The translations under genes and the position numbers were made by a program. Under the pieces are notes generated by a model. That model worked only from the letters and a program-made list of their open reading frames with translations. It was not told the DNA's origin and searched no databases. From Octopus vulgaris (Eukaryota), in assembly GCA_951406725.2 (NCBI GenBank), contig OX597821.1, forward strand, positions 58,590,001 to 58,654,000: a stretch of 64,000 nt of DNA, written 5' to 3'. Positions 52,398 through 63,996 of the stretch are shown in pieces (position 1 is the stretch's first letter; every line of letters begins with the position of its first letter).

Positions 52398-52480
52398 TGT
52401 TCTTGTGTGCCATGGAATCCAGTTACTATAAATCTGTTTTTACTGCCCACATCGATGCTTTCCTTGACCTCACCAACAAA
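52398..52480 (+). CDS. ALS2: ALS2 coding exon (DH domain)
   Basis: TTTTCAG acceptor, AAA|GTGAGT donor; encodes MFLCAMESSYYKSVFTAHIDAFLDLTNK, phase 1-0. Confidence 0.88.
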
Positions 52481-54097
52481 GTGAGTTGATTGAGTGTGAA
52501 TATATTTCTTTACCATTTATTCTAAAAGAATCAGTTGATCAGAAAGTACACAAATGACAAAAAATTTCACCTAAAGAATATCGAACAGTTTTTGCTCCAC
52601 AAGGGTTAGAAAGTGACACCTTTTGGATTCGTTAACTTACATAAAATGTATTTTACACTGTCCACAAAAAAAAAGTATAGAGCAATGACAAAGTTAAGAA
52701 AGCTGAAGCACATTCTGAATTATCTCGTTTACTGACTGAAACGAATAACATTTTTTTCTCAATAAAATAATTTTTCTGGTTAGTTGTTTTGATATTCATC
52801 ATCATCATCATGATTTAACATCGACATTCTATACTGGAATGGACAGCTCAACAGAATCTGACAAACCTGTGGGCTGCATTGGTCTCCACTGTTTACCATA
52901 ATACATGTACACTAGGTTTACAATATATATGGTGCATAGAATGCATCATATGTATTGTAAACTACACTCATTACTGTTTGTTCACCATTTTAACCAAGGG
53001 GGGTACCTCATCTAACGACTTCCAAAACCTTGGTTGTCACACGTGTTTTTATACACCAAACACCTATATAAGAGAATCTCTCAAGCCTATCATCATCATT
53101 GTTGTCGTTTAACGTCTGCTTTCCATGCTGGCATGGGTTGGATTCTTTAACTGAGGACTGGTGAGCCAGAAGGCTGCACCAGGTTCCTATCTGATCTGGC
53201 AAAGTTTTTACAGCTGGATGCCTTTCCTAATGCCAACCACTCCAAGAGTGTAGTGGGTGCTTTTACATGCCACCAGCACAAGGGCCAGTCAGGCGGTTCT
53301 TGCAACGACCATGCTCAAAAGGTGTTTTTTATATGCTACCTGCATGGGAGCCAGTGCAGTTAGCAACGACCACACTTGAATGTTGTCTTTCATGTGCCGG
53401 GAAGACAACGCTGGCAATGATCACGCTTGAATGGTGCTTTTTACATGCCACCGTCACAGAAGCCAATCTGTGGCCCTGGCAATGATCACGCTCAGATGTG
53501 CTTTTAACATTCCACTGGCACAAGTGCCAATCAGGTGGTACTGTCATCAGCAATTTCGATTTTGATTTCACTTGCCTCAGTAAGTCTTCACAAGCAAAGT
53601 TTATTGTCCAATGAATGCGGGCTATTCTTAAGTGGGCTGGTTACACCCACTGGCATAGGCCACGGGCTATGGTCTCACTTGGTTTGTTGGGTCTTCTCAA
53701 GCATAGCATATCTCCAAATGTCTCAGTCAACACAGTATTCAGTGTTCTGACAGGGCATCCATGTTAAGTTGGATATAAAAGATTACCTTTTGGCTTTAAT
53801 ACTTCTGTTGCTAATTGTTAATCATAAAATCATATGTACACTGCCATTTACACTTGGTGTAGTCAATAAGTAAACAAAGTCGGAGAGGCCTTTTGAAAGG
53901 TCATAGGCACTGCATTCCTTTCTGACTAAAAGATAAAACAAAAATGTAACAATTTTTTTAAGTGTTAATGTATTACTGAAAATAATAATTTGTTGAATTA
54001 TTGTCATTAGTTGTTAGTTGTGTGATGTTTCATAAATATAAAGTTGCTATTTTATTTAAATTTAATTTAAATTGTTAATTAATCTTTACATTCTTAG

Positions 54098-54270
54098 ATT
54101 GGGGAAAACTGTGTGCAGTTGACCCGGCTGATTCGAGGTAATGAAGACATTACTCATAGTCGTATGTTCCAAAAATCTAAAGAACTTATTGAGTACTTCA
54201 AGAACTACTCTCTTCGATTTGGTGACATGTTGGCGATTAATGGCTTTGAACATTGCACCAAAATTGGCAA
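54098..54270 (+). CDS. ALS2: ALS2 coding exon (DH domain)
   Basis: TCTTAG acceptor, AA|GTAAGT donor; encodes IGENCVQLTRLIRG...FGDMLAINGFEHCTKIG. Confidence 0.9.
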
Positions 54271-55260
54271 GTAAGTCTATAGCTCTATTAATATCAAGTT
54301 TTACTTGTTGAATATTGTTTCAATATTCTTATATTCTTTTATTTATTTCAGTCGGTTGACTGCGGCCATACTGGCCCACCGCCTTTGGTCGAACAAATCA
54401 AACCCAGGATTTATACTTTGTAAGCTTAGTACTTTTTCCTGGATCGCTAAGTTACAGAGATGTAAACACACCAACATCGGTTATCAAGTGATGGTGGGGC
54501 TACAAACACAGACACACAAACACTCATACATACATACATACATACACACACACGACGGGCTTCTTTCAGTTTCCGTCTACCAAATCCATTCACAAGGCTT
54601 TGGTTGGCCCGAGGCTATAGTAGAAGGCATTTGCTCCAGGTACCATGTAGTGGGACTGAACCTGAAACCATGTGTTGGTAAACAAGCTTCTTACCACACA
54701 GCCACTCGTCACGTACATGTTTTAGATTGTGGTTACATTTTAATGAAGTAATTTGACGTATTTTTTTATAATTTTGTAGTAATTATTTAGTTGATTATTT
54801 ACTCACTATAAGTGCAGGCATGGTTGTGTGATAAGAAACTTGCTTGGCAACCACGTGGTTCAAGGTCAGTATCTTTGACAATAGCCTCACACCAACCAAT
54901 GCTTTGTGAATGAATTTGGTGGACAGAAACTGTGTGGAAGTCTGTTGTTTGTGTGAGTGTATATGTATATGTGTGTGTGTGTGGGGTGTTTGTTCCCCGC
55001 CACCACCACCATCACTTTACAACAGGTGTTGATTTGTTTATATGCCCATAACTTAACAGTTTGGCAAAAGAGATCAATAAAATAACGACCAGTCCTTTTA
55101 AAAAAATAAGTACTGGGGTCAATTTGTTTGGTCAAAACTCTTCAAGGTGGTGCTCCAGCATGGCTGCAGTCCAATGGCTGAAACAAATTAAAGATAAAAA
55201 AATAAAGACTTTTCTTTTTCATTAAATTATCATATTGTCTTTCCTTTTTTTTTCCTTCAG

Positions 55261-55426
55261 TTCTTACTTTGAGAAAATTCAAAACGTTTTTACTGAGATC
55301 CTTGATGAGTCGACTTCAGAGAAAATGAATTATGCTTCCATCCTTCAACGCATACTGCAATATCCTTTACATAGGCCTAATGAATATGGCCATATGATCA
55401 ATAAATTATCCATGGGATACCCATCA
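55261..55426 (+). CDS. ALS2: ALS2 coding exon (DH domain)
   Basis: Long pyrimidine tract with CTTCAG acceptor, TCA|GTGAGT donor; encodes SYFEKIQNVFTEIL...ILQYPLHRPNEYGHMINKL. Confidence 0.92.
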
Positions 55427-55506
55427 GTGAGTTTCATTATATATTATCTTCTATTGAATATTCTTGGTAAATGTGACAGGAAGGGAAATGTTTGTGGGTT
55501 GCTACA

Positions 55507-55757
55507 CTTTATCATTATCATCATCATCAACATCATAAGTGAGGTGTGGTTGTGTGGTAAGAGGTTTACTTCTCAACCTCATGGTTCTGGGTTCAGTCTC
55601 AATGCATGGCGCTTTGGGTATGTGTCCTACTATAGCACTGGGTTGACCAAAGCGCCATGCATTGAGACTGAACCCAGAACCATGAGGTTGAGAAGTAAAC
55701 CTCTTACCACACAACCACACCTCACTTATGATGTTGATGATGATGATAATGATAAAG
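55507..55757. repeat. Perfect inverted repeat, 111 bp arms, 29 bp spacer
   Basis: 55507-55617 is the exact reverse complement of 55647-55757 by eye; the arms consist of a SINE A head plus flanking (ATC)n. Confidence 0.92.
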
Positions 55758-55759
55758 AT

Positions 55760-55796
55760 AATATGTTGAATGCCCTTCTTGTGTTTGTCTACTCAC

Positions 55797-55830
<34 letters not shown>

Positions 55831-55867
55831 GTGAGTAGACAAACACAAGATGGGCATTCAACATATT
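55760..55867. repeat. Near-perfect palindrome centred on (TA)n
   Basis: AATATGTTGAATGCCCTTCTTGTGTTTGTCTACTCACCC-(AT)n-GGGTGAGTAGACAAACACAAGATGGGCATTCAACATATT, one mismatch. Confidence 0.9.
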
Positions 55868-57418
55868 TATTGGGAGTTACATGTATGGATCAAAATGGTT
55901 TGATTCAGACTCCTTAGAAATTTGACCTAGGACTGGTGAGCCAGAGGCTGCGCCAGGCTCAATCTGATCTGGCAAAGTTTCTACAGCCTGATGCCCTTCC
56001 TAACGCCAATCACTCCGACAGTGTAGTCGGTGTTTTTTATGTGCCACTAGGACAAGGGCCAGTCAGATGGTTCTGGCAGCGACCTTGCTCAAAAGGTGTT
56101 TTTACATGCTACTTGCATGGGTGCCAGTCCAGCGGCACTGTCAATGACCACAAATGTTGTTTTTCACGTGCCACTGGCACATGTGCTGGTAAGGTAAAGC
56201 TGGCAATGATCACACTCAAATGGTGCTTTTCATGTGTCACTGGCATGGGAGCCAATCTGTGGCCCTGGCAACGATCACACTCAGATATGCTTTTAACGTT
56301 CCACTGGCATGAGTACCAATCAGGTGGTACTGTCATCGGCCACATCAGCAATTTTGATTTGTTTACACTTGCCTCGATAGATCTTCACAAACAAATTACA
56401 TTGCCCAATGAATGAGGGGTACTCATAAGTGGGCTGGTTATACCCTACATTCGGATGTACTTTTAATGTTCCACTGGCATGAGTGCCAATCAGGCAGTAC
56501 TGTCATCGGCCGTATGTGTAATTTTTGTATGTATGTGTGTATATGTATATATATATATATGTGCCTGTGTTTGTGCATATCCTTGTCTTGATGTCTCGGT
56601 TGTAAACAAACATCACTATCATATAAGTGATATTATTCTTTTCTAGTCTCCCATGAAAAGCATGCCTGACCAAAGGCAGATATTACCTTGCTTGGAAACA
56701 GGTGAGGGTTGGTGAGAGGAAGGGCATCTGGCCATAGAAAATCTGTCTCCACAAATTCCCTCTGAGCCATAAGTTCCACACAGTGGGACTGAACCCAAAA
56801 TCAATAACAAGTATAATTATGATAACCACAAATATATCAAGAGGAGTGTTTCTTCAAGAATGGGCATCTAACTCAAAGAAAAACCTAATATGGGATTGTC
56901 ATTGCTCTCCACTATGTAAAAGAGCACCTGTGTTGGCACCACATAGTAAAGCACCCATACTTGTACCACATAAAATAAAGCATCTGTGCTGACATCACAT
57001 AAAAAAAACCACCCATGCAGGTACCACTTTGGAGAACAAGCTGTGCCAGTACCACTTATAAAAGCACCTGTGCCTGTTCCACATTCAAAAGCTCCCATGC
57101 TAGTGCCACATAAAAAGCCCCTGTCCTTTCTGTAAAGTGGTTGGTGTTAGGAAGGGCATCCAACCATAGATAACAGTTGACTGTTTGCCAGCTCCTGTCA
57201 AATCATTCAATCCATGCCAGCATGGAAATGATGGTGATGATGATTGCCACAAAGATATCAAGATGAGTCATTCTTCAAGACTGGGTATCTGACTTACAGA
57301 AAAATCTAGAATGCGATTGTTATTGTAATATCATATCTAATAAGCGTTTTTCAATGCATCACATTGTTATTCTTCTTATGTTAGAATTGTTTCCTTTGGT
57401 TTTTCTTCTCTCTTTTAG

Positions 57419-57550
57419 GACTCAGAGATGAGGTCTCTACTGAATTCTATATCTATCAAGTGGGATACTTTGAAAATGTCTTCTACAGAGGAGCACAATA
57501 TTGCAGACAAAACTCGGCTGTTCTGGGAGAGCAGCTCACAGAAATTAGTG
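57419..57550 (+). CDS. ALS2: ALS2 coding exon (DH-PH linker)
   Basis: TTTTAG acceptor, GTG|GTCAGT donor; encodes DSEMRSLLNSISIKWDTL...ADKTRLFWESSSQKLV (132 nt). Confidence 0.9.
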
Positions 57551-58311
57551 GTCAGTTTACCATTTGTCTCTGTCTCCTTTACGCTTTCACTTAACATAAT
57601 TTTGTCCTATATACATATACATACAAAGAAATTCACACACTCATATTAGCTCTCTGCAGCTTAATATTCGTAGAATAATCTCTGATTGCATACAAAAGAC
57701 TCTAAGTATTTTTAGTAGCCCCCCTCTCTCCCCCTCTCCCTGACTAAGCTTAGGTTTTACTACTGTCAAACATACAGCTGATTACATTCATTTAAGTATA
57801 TATATCATCATCATCATCATCATCGTTTAACGTCCGTTTTCCGCGCTAGCACGGGTTGGACGGTTTCGACCGGGGTCTGGGGAGCTAGGGACTGCCCCAG
57901 GCTCCAGTCTAGTCTGGCAGTGTTTCTACAGCTGGATGCCCTTCCTAACGCCAACCACTCCGCGAGTGTAGTGGGTGTTTTTTACGTGCCACCTGCACAG
58001 GTGCCAGAGGGGTCTGGCATCGGCCACGTTCGGATGGTGCTTTTTTTTTTTTTTATGTGGGGGGGGGGGCAGAAATATATAGGGGAGCACCAGTGGGGAG
58101 AGGTGGTTCAGAGAAATGATGACAGGTTCTAGGCAAGTAGAACGTAGGATATCAAGAGAGGGGTAATGCATGGTGAAATAGCGTATTGAAGAGGGGGGTT
58201 CGAAGAGTAGACACCTATAATGGTGGTGGGAGAAGCGACATCCGGTATAGATGGAGCAAAAATATAGAGATATCCGGTATTGGTGGTGGGGGTGGGCAAG
58301 GGCGGGTGCAC

Positions 58312-60026
58312 CGGGAATATGCAAAGGTTGAACTGACGGGCTGGCTTAAAAATGCTCTTAGCAATGGAAGGGGGGAATGGCAGACAACGTGAGAGAGGGA
58401 GAGAGAGATAGATAGAGAAGAACAGTGGAACCCCGCGAAAATGAGCCGCCATTGAAAAAAAACCCTGTATGGAGAAATAATATGCAATACGAGGCGAAGC
58501 TGAAAATAGTAATAATAATAATAATAAGCAAACTGTCGACCAGGGGATCAAAGGGACAATACTAATACTAATAATAGTAATAATAATAATAACTAATAAA
58601 CAAAACAGCTCAACCACAACATTAGATTAGAAAGACTCTTATCTTGGGAACAATAATAATAATAATAATAAGCAAACTGTCGACCAGGGGATCAAAGGGA
58701 CAATACTAATACTAATAATAGTAATAATAATAATAACTAATAAACAAAACAGCTCAACCACAACATTAGATTAGAAAGACTCTTATCTTGGGAACATTTC
58801 GTTCTTCGGCCTGACACGGGAATATGCGAAGGTTGAACTGACGGGCTGGCTTAAAAATGCTCTTAGCAATGGAAGGGGGGAATGGCAGACAACGTGAGAG
58901 AGGGAGAGAGAGAGATAGATAGAGAAGAACAGTGGAACCCCGCGAAAATGAGCCGCCATTGAAAAAAACCCCTGTATGGAGAAATAATATGCAATACGAG
59001 GCGAAGCTGAAAATAGTAATAATAATAATAATAAGCAAACTGTCGACCAGGGGATCAAAGGGACAATACTAATACTAATAATAGTAATAATAATAATAAC
59101 TAATAAACAAAACAGCTCAACCACAACATTAGATTAGAAAGACTCTTATCTTGGGAACAATAATAATAATAATAATAATAATAAGCAAACTGTCGACCAG
59201 GGGATCAAAGGGACAATACTAATACTAATAATAGTAATAATAATAATAAATAATAAACAAAACAGCTCAACCACAACATTAGATTAGAAAGACTCTTATC
59301 TTGGGAACATTTCGTTCTTCGGCCTGACACGGGAATATGCGAAGGTTGAACTGACGGGCTGGCTTAAAAATGCTCTTAGCAATGGAAGGGGGGAATGGCA
59401 GACAACGTGAGAGAGGGAGAGAGAGAGAGATAGATAGAGAAGAACAGTGGAACCCCGCGAAAATGAGCCGCCATTGAAAAAAACCCCTGTATGGAGAAAT
59501 AATATGCAATACGAGGCGAAGCTGAAAATAGTAATAATAATAATAATAAGCAAACTGTCGACCAGGGGATCAAAGGGACAATACTAATACTAATAATAGT
59601 AATAATAATAATAACTAATAAACAAAACAGCTCAACCACAACATTAGATTAGAAAGACTCTTATCTTGGGAACAATAATAATAATAATAATAATAATAAT
59701 AAGTAAACTGTCGACCAGGGGATCAAAGGGACAATACTAATACTAATAATAGTAATAATAATAATAACTAATAAACAAAACAGCTCAACCACAACATTAG
59801 ATTAGAAAGACTCTTATCTTGGGAACATTTCGTTCTTCGGCCTGACACGGGAATATGCGAAGGTTGAACTGACGGGCTGGCTTAAAAATGCTCTTAGCAA
59901 TGGAAGGGGGAATGGCAGACAACGTGAGAGAGGGAGAGAGAGAGAGATAGATAGAGAAGAACAGTGGAACCCCGCGAAAATGAGCCGCCATTGAAAAAAC
60001 CCCTGTATGGAGAAATAATATGCAAT
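58312..60026. repeat. Tandem repeat, about 3.35 copies of a 505-518 bp unit containing an internal ~145-155 bp duplication
   Basis: CGGGAATATGC recurs at 58312, 58817, 59330 and 59848. G(C/T)AAACTGTCGACCAGGGG occurs twice per unit (e.g. 58528, 58672). Confidence 0.95.
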
Positions 60027-60712
60027 ATATATATATATATAAAACTTCATATTATTCCATGCACCCACGATATTACAGTTATTTAGATAACTGACATAAG
60101 TCATGGTTCACCTGAAACAGCTGTCAAGATAAGACTATTACATCATTCTCTTTGTTTATTTGTATTCCATGTAAATTCACTCATTAAGCCTAGCTTTGTT
60201 TATCTGCCTTTTTCCTTCCATACCCACTCAACAAAGATCATTCTTATGGCGAACTTGCTACACCACAACCACCTGCCCCAGATGTAGGAGTTAAGAATTA
60301 AGTTCTCATTTATCTGAGCACTATTCCATGAATATTAACACCCCACTTGCTTTAGTGTTCTCCAACACACTCTTTATATATTATAATTATAATAATTGCT
60401 TAAATAACGAGAAGATGCATTAATCCATCTTCTTGTTACTTATGCAATTATTATTATTATCTCAACTGACACTGCAGAATTCCTGAAGTAGATCCAACAG
60501 AAACACACCCCGACTGTGGATGACACCAGGGACCCCAAACTCAACACTTCAACACACTAATCAATATATACCCCTTAATCCAAAAATATTATATATATAT
60601 ATAAATATGAGGTTCTTGGATCAGTATAATCAATTATACATGTGTCCTAATCATATTCCAATGAAAGAAATCAATGATATTTATAATCCTTATCCTTTGA
60701 TAATATTTTCAG

Positions 60713-60841
60713 GACACTCTTCGTACCCCTGAAAGACGACTCCTGTATGACACCAAGCAGAATCCTCTGACCCAGGCCAGTGCAGGACGGTTCTTCGTCC
60801 ATAACTTCCACCTTTTCAACGACATCTTTGTACATATCCAT
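60713..60841 (+). CDS. ALS2: ALS2 coding exon (PH domain start)
   Basis: TTTTCAG acceptor, CAT|GTGAGT donor; encodes DTLRTPERRLLYDTKQNPLTQASAGRFFVHNFHLFNDIFVHIH. Confidence 0.93.
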
Positions 60842-60904
60842 GTGAGTATTCAGCCAAATTTTTATCTTTTAAGCTTTTAGAAAAAAAAGATGATCTAATT
60901 GAGG

Positions 60905-61312
60905 TCCAGGAGTGGCTGTGTGGTAAGTAGCTTGCTTACCAACTATAGCCTCGGGCCGACCAAAGCCTTGTGAGTGGATTTGGTAGACGGAAACTGAAAT
61001 AAGCCCGTCCTATATATGTATATCTGTGTATATGTTTGTGTGTCTGCATATGTTTGTGTGTCTGTTGTAGTGCACCTGAGCACTGTACACAATTATTATT
61101 ATTATTATTATTATTATTATACATTTGTCCCCCCAACATCACTTGATAACTGATTCTGGCGTGTTTACGCCCCCATAACTTAGCGGTTCGGCAAAAGAGA
61201 CCAATAGAGTAAGTACTAGGCTTACAAAGAATAAGTCCTGGGGTTGATTTGCTCGATTAAAGATGGTACTCCAGCATGGCCACAGTCAAATGACTGAAAC
61301 AAGTAAAAGAGT
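60905..61312 (+). mobile_element. tRNA-derived SINE family A with internal deletion
   Basis: Homology to 1419..1857, with part of the head missing. Confidence 0.8.
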
Positions 61313-62366
61313 AATCATGCTATGAGCACAGATTTGGCTTTTTGGTCAAGAAGTTTGCATTGCTTTGCAATCACATAGTTGCAGTTATGAAGTTCTCATC
61401 CTTTGGTATCAGTAAAATAAAGTAACAGTCAGGTACTGAGCTGCTGCTGCTGAGACCCCCTTCAGTCATGACTGACCTCTAGAAAGTTACCCTCCCAGGC
61501 GCAAGTCCAGGCAAGGTTATTTATGGAAGACCAGCAGTCACCCATGCATACCGGCCTCCCCTCTCCACACCACCAGTATTATCCAATGGAAAGTCAAAGG
61601 CCAATACAGCTTGGCACCTGTGACATCGCGACTCATTTCTACAGCTGAGTGAACTGGAACAACGTTAAATAAAGTGTCTTACTCAAGAACACAGCATGCA
61701 TCCCGGTCCAAGATTCGAACTCACAACCTCACTATCGTAAGCTCGATGCTCTAACCACCGAACCATGCGCCTTCAGTCAGGTACTAGGGTTGATGTAATT
61801 GACTTGTCCCCTCTCCTCAATATTACCGAGCTTGAACCCCACTTTGCATCTGTGTCCTGTCTAGAAGAAATGTTGTGATCCCAGTCATTTATATGCTCTG
61901 GAAATTGTGTAACCAGCATTGTAAGCCCTGAGGCTCAAGAAAAATAAAGAATAACGTAAAAGGTCTATAGTATTCTTGGTAAGAACTATCAATAGTCATA
62001 AGTGGCAGTTTGGGAATAAAACTGACTTTATTCGTTTGATCTGTATCAGTGTGTGAAGATGCATGGCCTTGTGGTTTGGGTGTTGCACTCATGATTGCTA
62101 GATCATGGGTTCAATTCCCTGATCAGGTAACACATTGTGTTCTTGAATAAAACACTTGATTTTGCATTGTCCCAGTCCCCCTTTTGATTCAGGGGAATCT
62201 TGGCCTGCTTACCTAGCCAGTAGGGTGGTGTCATTTGAGGGCTGAAACAATGCAAAGTGCATCGTGACCAGCGATGTGTAACAACATCTGATAGTCTAGT
62301 CAGTCACATGATCCCATAATTTCAATGTAAATTTTTATCTTTTCTTTTTTTTTTTTTTTTCTGCAG

Positions 62367-62437
62367 GGATCTGCAATTAATGAATTTCCTCTTGAAACTG
62401 TATGGGTAGACACCTCTTCAGAATCGGAACAAACACA
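62367..62437 (+). CDS. ALS2: ALS2 coding exon (PH domain)
   Basis: Poly-T tract with CTGCAG acceptor, CA|GTAAGT donor; encodes GSAINEFPLETVWVDTSSESEQT. Confidence 0.92.
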
Positions 62438-62755
62438 GTAAGTATCTGCGTGTGTATAAACATATATACATCTTAGTTTAAAAGTTGTATGAGTAGGTTT
62501 GGTAGACAGAAACTGAAAGAAGCTTGCCGTGTGTGTGTGTGTGAAGTCATATATAAAGTCATGAGTTTGATTCTTGGCAATGCATTGTGTCCTAAAGCAA
62601 GACCCTTTATTTCAAGTTGCTCCAGTCCATTCAGCTGGCAAAAATGAGTTGTACCTGTAATTCAAAATAAGCAACTTTTGTCACATTCTGTATCACACTG
62701 AACATAAGAATTACATTAAGGCTAATACAGTTCTATATTTAAGAGATGAGGAATT

Positions 62756-63472
62756 ATGTACATTATTTACATTATTTACATTCGACGGATATTTGTCCTC
62801 ATCTTGTTTGTTTCCAAATATCTCCGAGTGAAATCACCAATAGAAGAGAATATGACCAAAGACTGTGTGTACTCCATCCCATGCAGCTGTGGTAGGTTAT
62901 ATAAAGGCGAAATATTCCGCGCCTTCAAAATAAGGGTAGATCAATGTCACAAAGCTGTGACATGAGGAGATATTGATAAATTGGGTATAGCTGATCATGT
63001 ATGGGAAAATGGAGACCACCTCTCCCTGTGGGATGAAGTTAAAATAATAGACAGAGAACACCACTGGAAAATATGAAAACTAAAAGCAGCAGCACATATG
63101 CTAGGACACAACAACCTCCTAAGCAGACTGAGTGCAAATATGAGTAGCATATGGGAACTGGTATTAAGGAAGGATAGAAAAATATTAGATTTATAAACCC
63201 TAAAATTCACTCTATAATTTCCCACAGGCATATGGTGTAGTGGTTAAGAGTGCAGGCTACTAACCCCAAGATTCTGAGTTCGATTCCAAGCAGTGACCTG
63301 AACAATAACAATAATAATAATAATAACATCGAAAAATACCTTAGGAATGAGAACCCATGTCTGAAATTTCCCCAAGACACCTGAAGAAGGCTGGAGGGTA
63401 TATCAGCCAAAACATTGTGTCAACAACAAACAAGATGAGGACAAATATCTGTCGAATGTAAATAATGTACAT
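62756..63472 (+). mobile_element. 5'-truncated Penelope-like element: GIY-YIG endonuclease remnant, pseudo-LTR with hammerhead, inverted terminal copy
   Basis: Encodes CVYSIPCSCGRLYKGE..FKIRV...GIADHVWENGDH..WDEVKIIDRE (GIY-YIG type; two in-frame TGA consistent with CGA decay). 62756-62812 is the reverse complement of 63425-63472. Confidence 0.85.
63376..63421 (+). ncRNA. Minimal type I hammerhead ribozyme remnant (probably inactivated)
   Basis: GACAC-CTGAAGA-A-GGCTGG-AGGGTATA-TCAGCC-AAAA-CAT-T-GTGTC. GAAA reads AAAA and ACGT reads ACAT, both consistent with CpG decay. Confidence 0.7.
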
Positions 63473-63996
63473 TAAGAGTGCATGTGTTTGTGGAGTGCTC
63501 AGCCATCTTCATATTAATTTTGTGAGCACATCTGTTATCTGGAACACTCGTTATCATAACCAATGGAGAGCCAGGCCACATATATATGTATGTGTACGTA
63601 TGTTTGTGTCTCCTTGTCTTGACATTGTATGATAGTTGTAAATGAGTGTCACTGTCATATAAGAACATGTCTGGCCATTGGGAAAATATTACCTTGCTTG
63701 GAATCAGGTAAGGTTTGGCAACGGGAAGGGCATCCAACAGAAAATCTGTGTCAATAAACTCCAGTCCATGCAAACATGGAAAAGTGGACATTAAAACTTA
63801 CCACACAGCCACTCCTAGGTGTATGAGTGGCTGTGTAGTAAGTAGCTTGCTTATGAACCACGTGGTTCTGGGTTCTGTCCCATACATTTGTGTGTCTGTT
63901 TGTCCCCCCAACATCGCTGCACAACCGATTCTGGTGTATTTTTCTTGTCTTCTACATTTTATTTCTTTAACTAAACTCATTTTCTTTTCTCTTCAG

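Noticed and set aside
55427-55834. Extension of the 199 aa ORF and its mirror ORF on the minus strand
   Set aside because: Only 55261-55426 is exon; the shared peptide on both strands is a by-product of the inverted repeat.
58129-60104. Repeated hydrophobic ORFs (MVELFCLLVIII..., MAAHFRGVP...) in the tandem array
   Set aside because: They arise from (TTA)n and (TC)n microsatellites and shift frame between units; there is no recognisable domain. I also found no hammerhead core in the unit on either strand.
60481-60520. CTGAAGTAG...GAAAC hammerhead-like words
   Set aside because: No stem II or stem I pairing.
63227-63298. Possible tRNA gene
   Set aside because: A and B boxes are present but the acceptor stem does not pair; it is embedded in a Penelope remnant, so it is treated as a tRNA-derived repeat.
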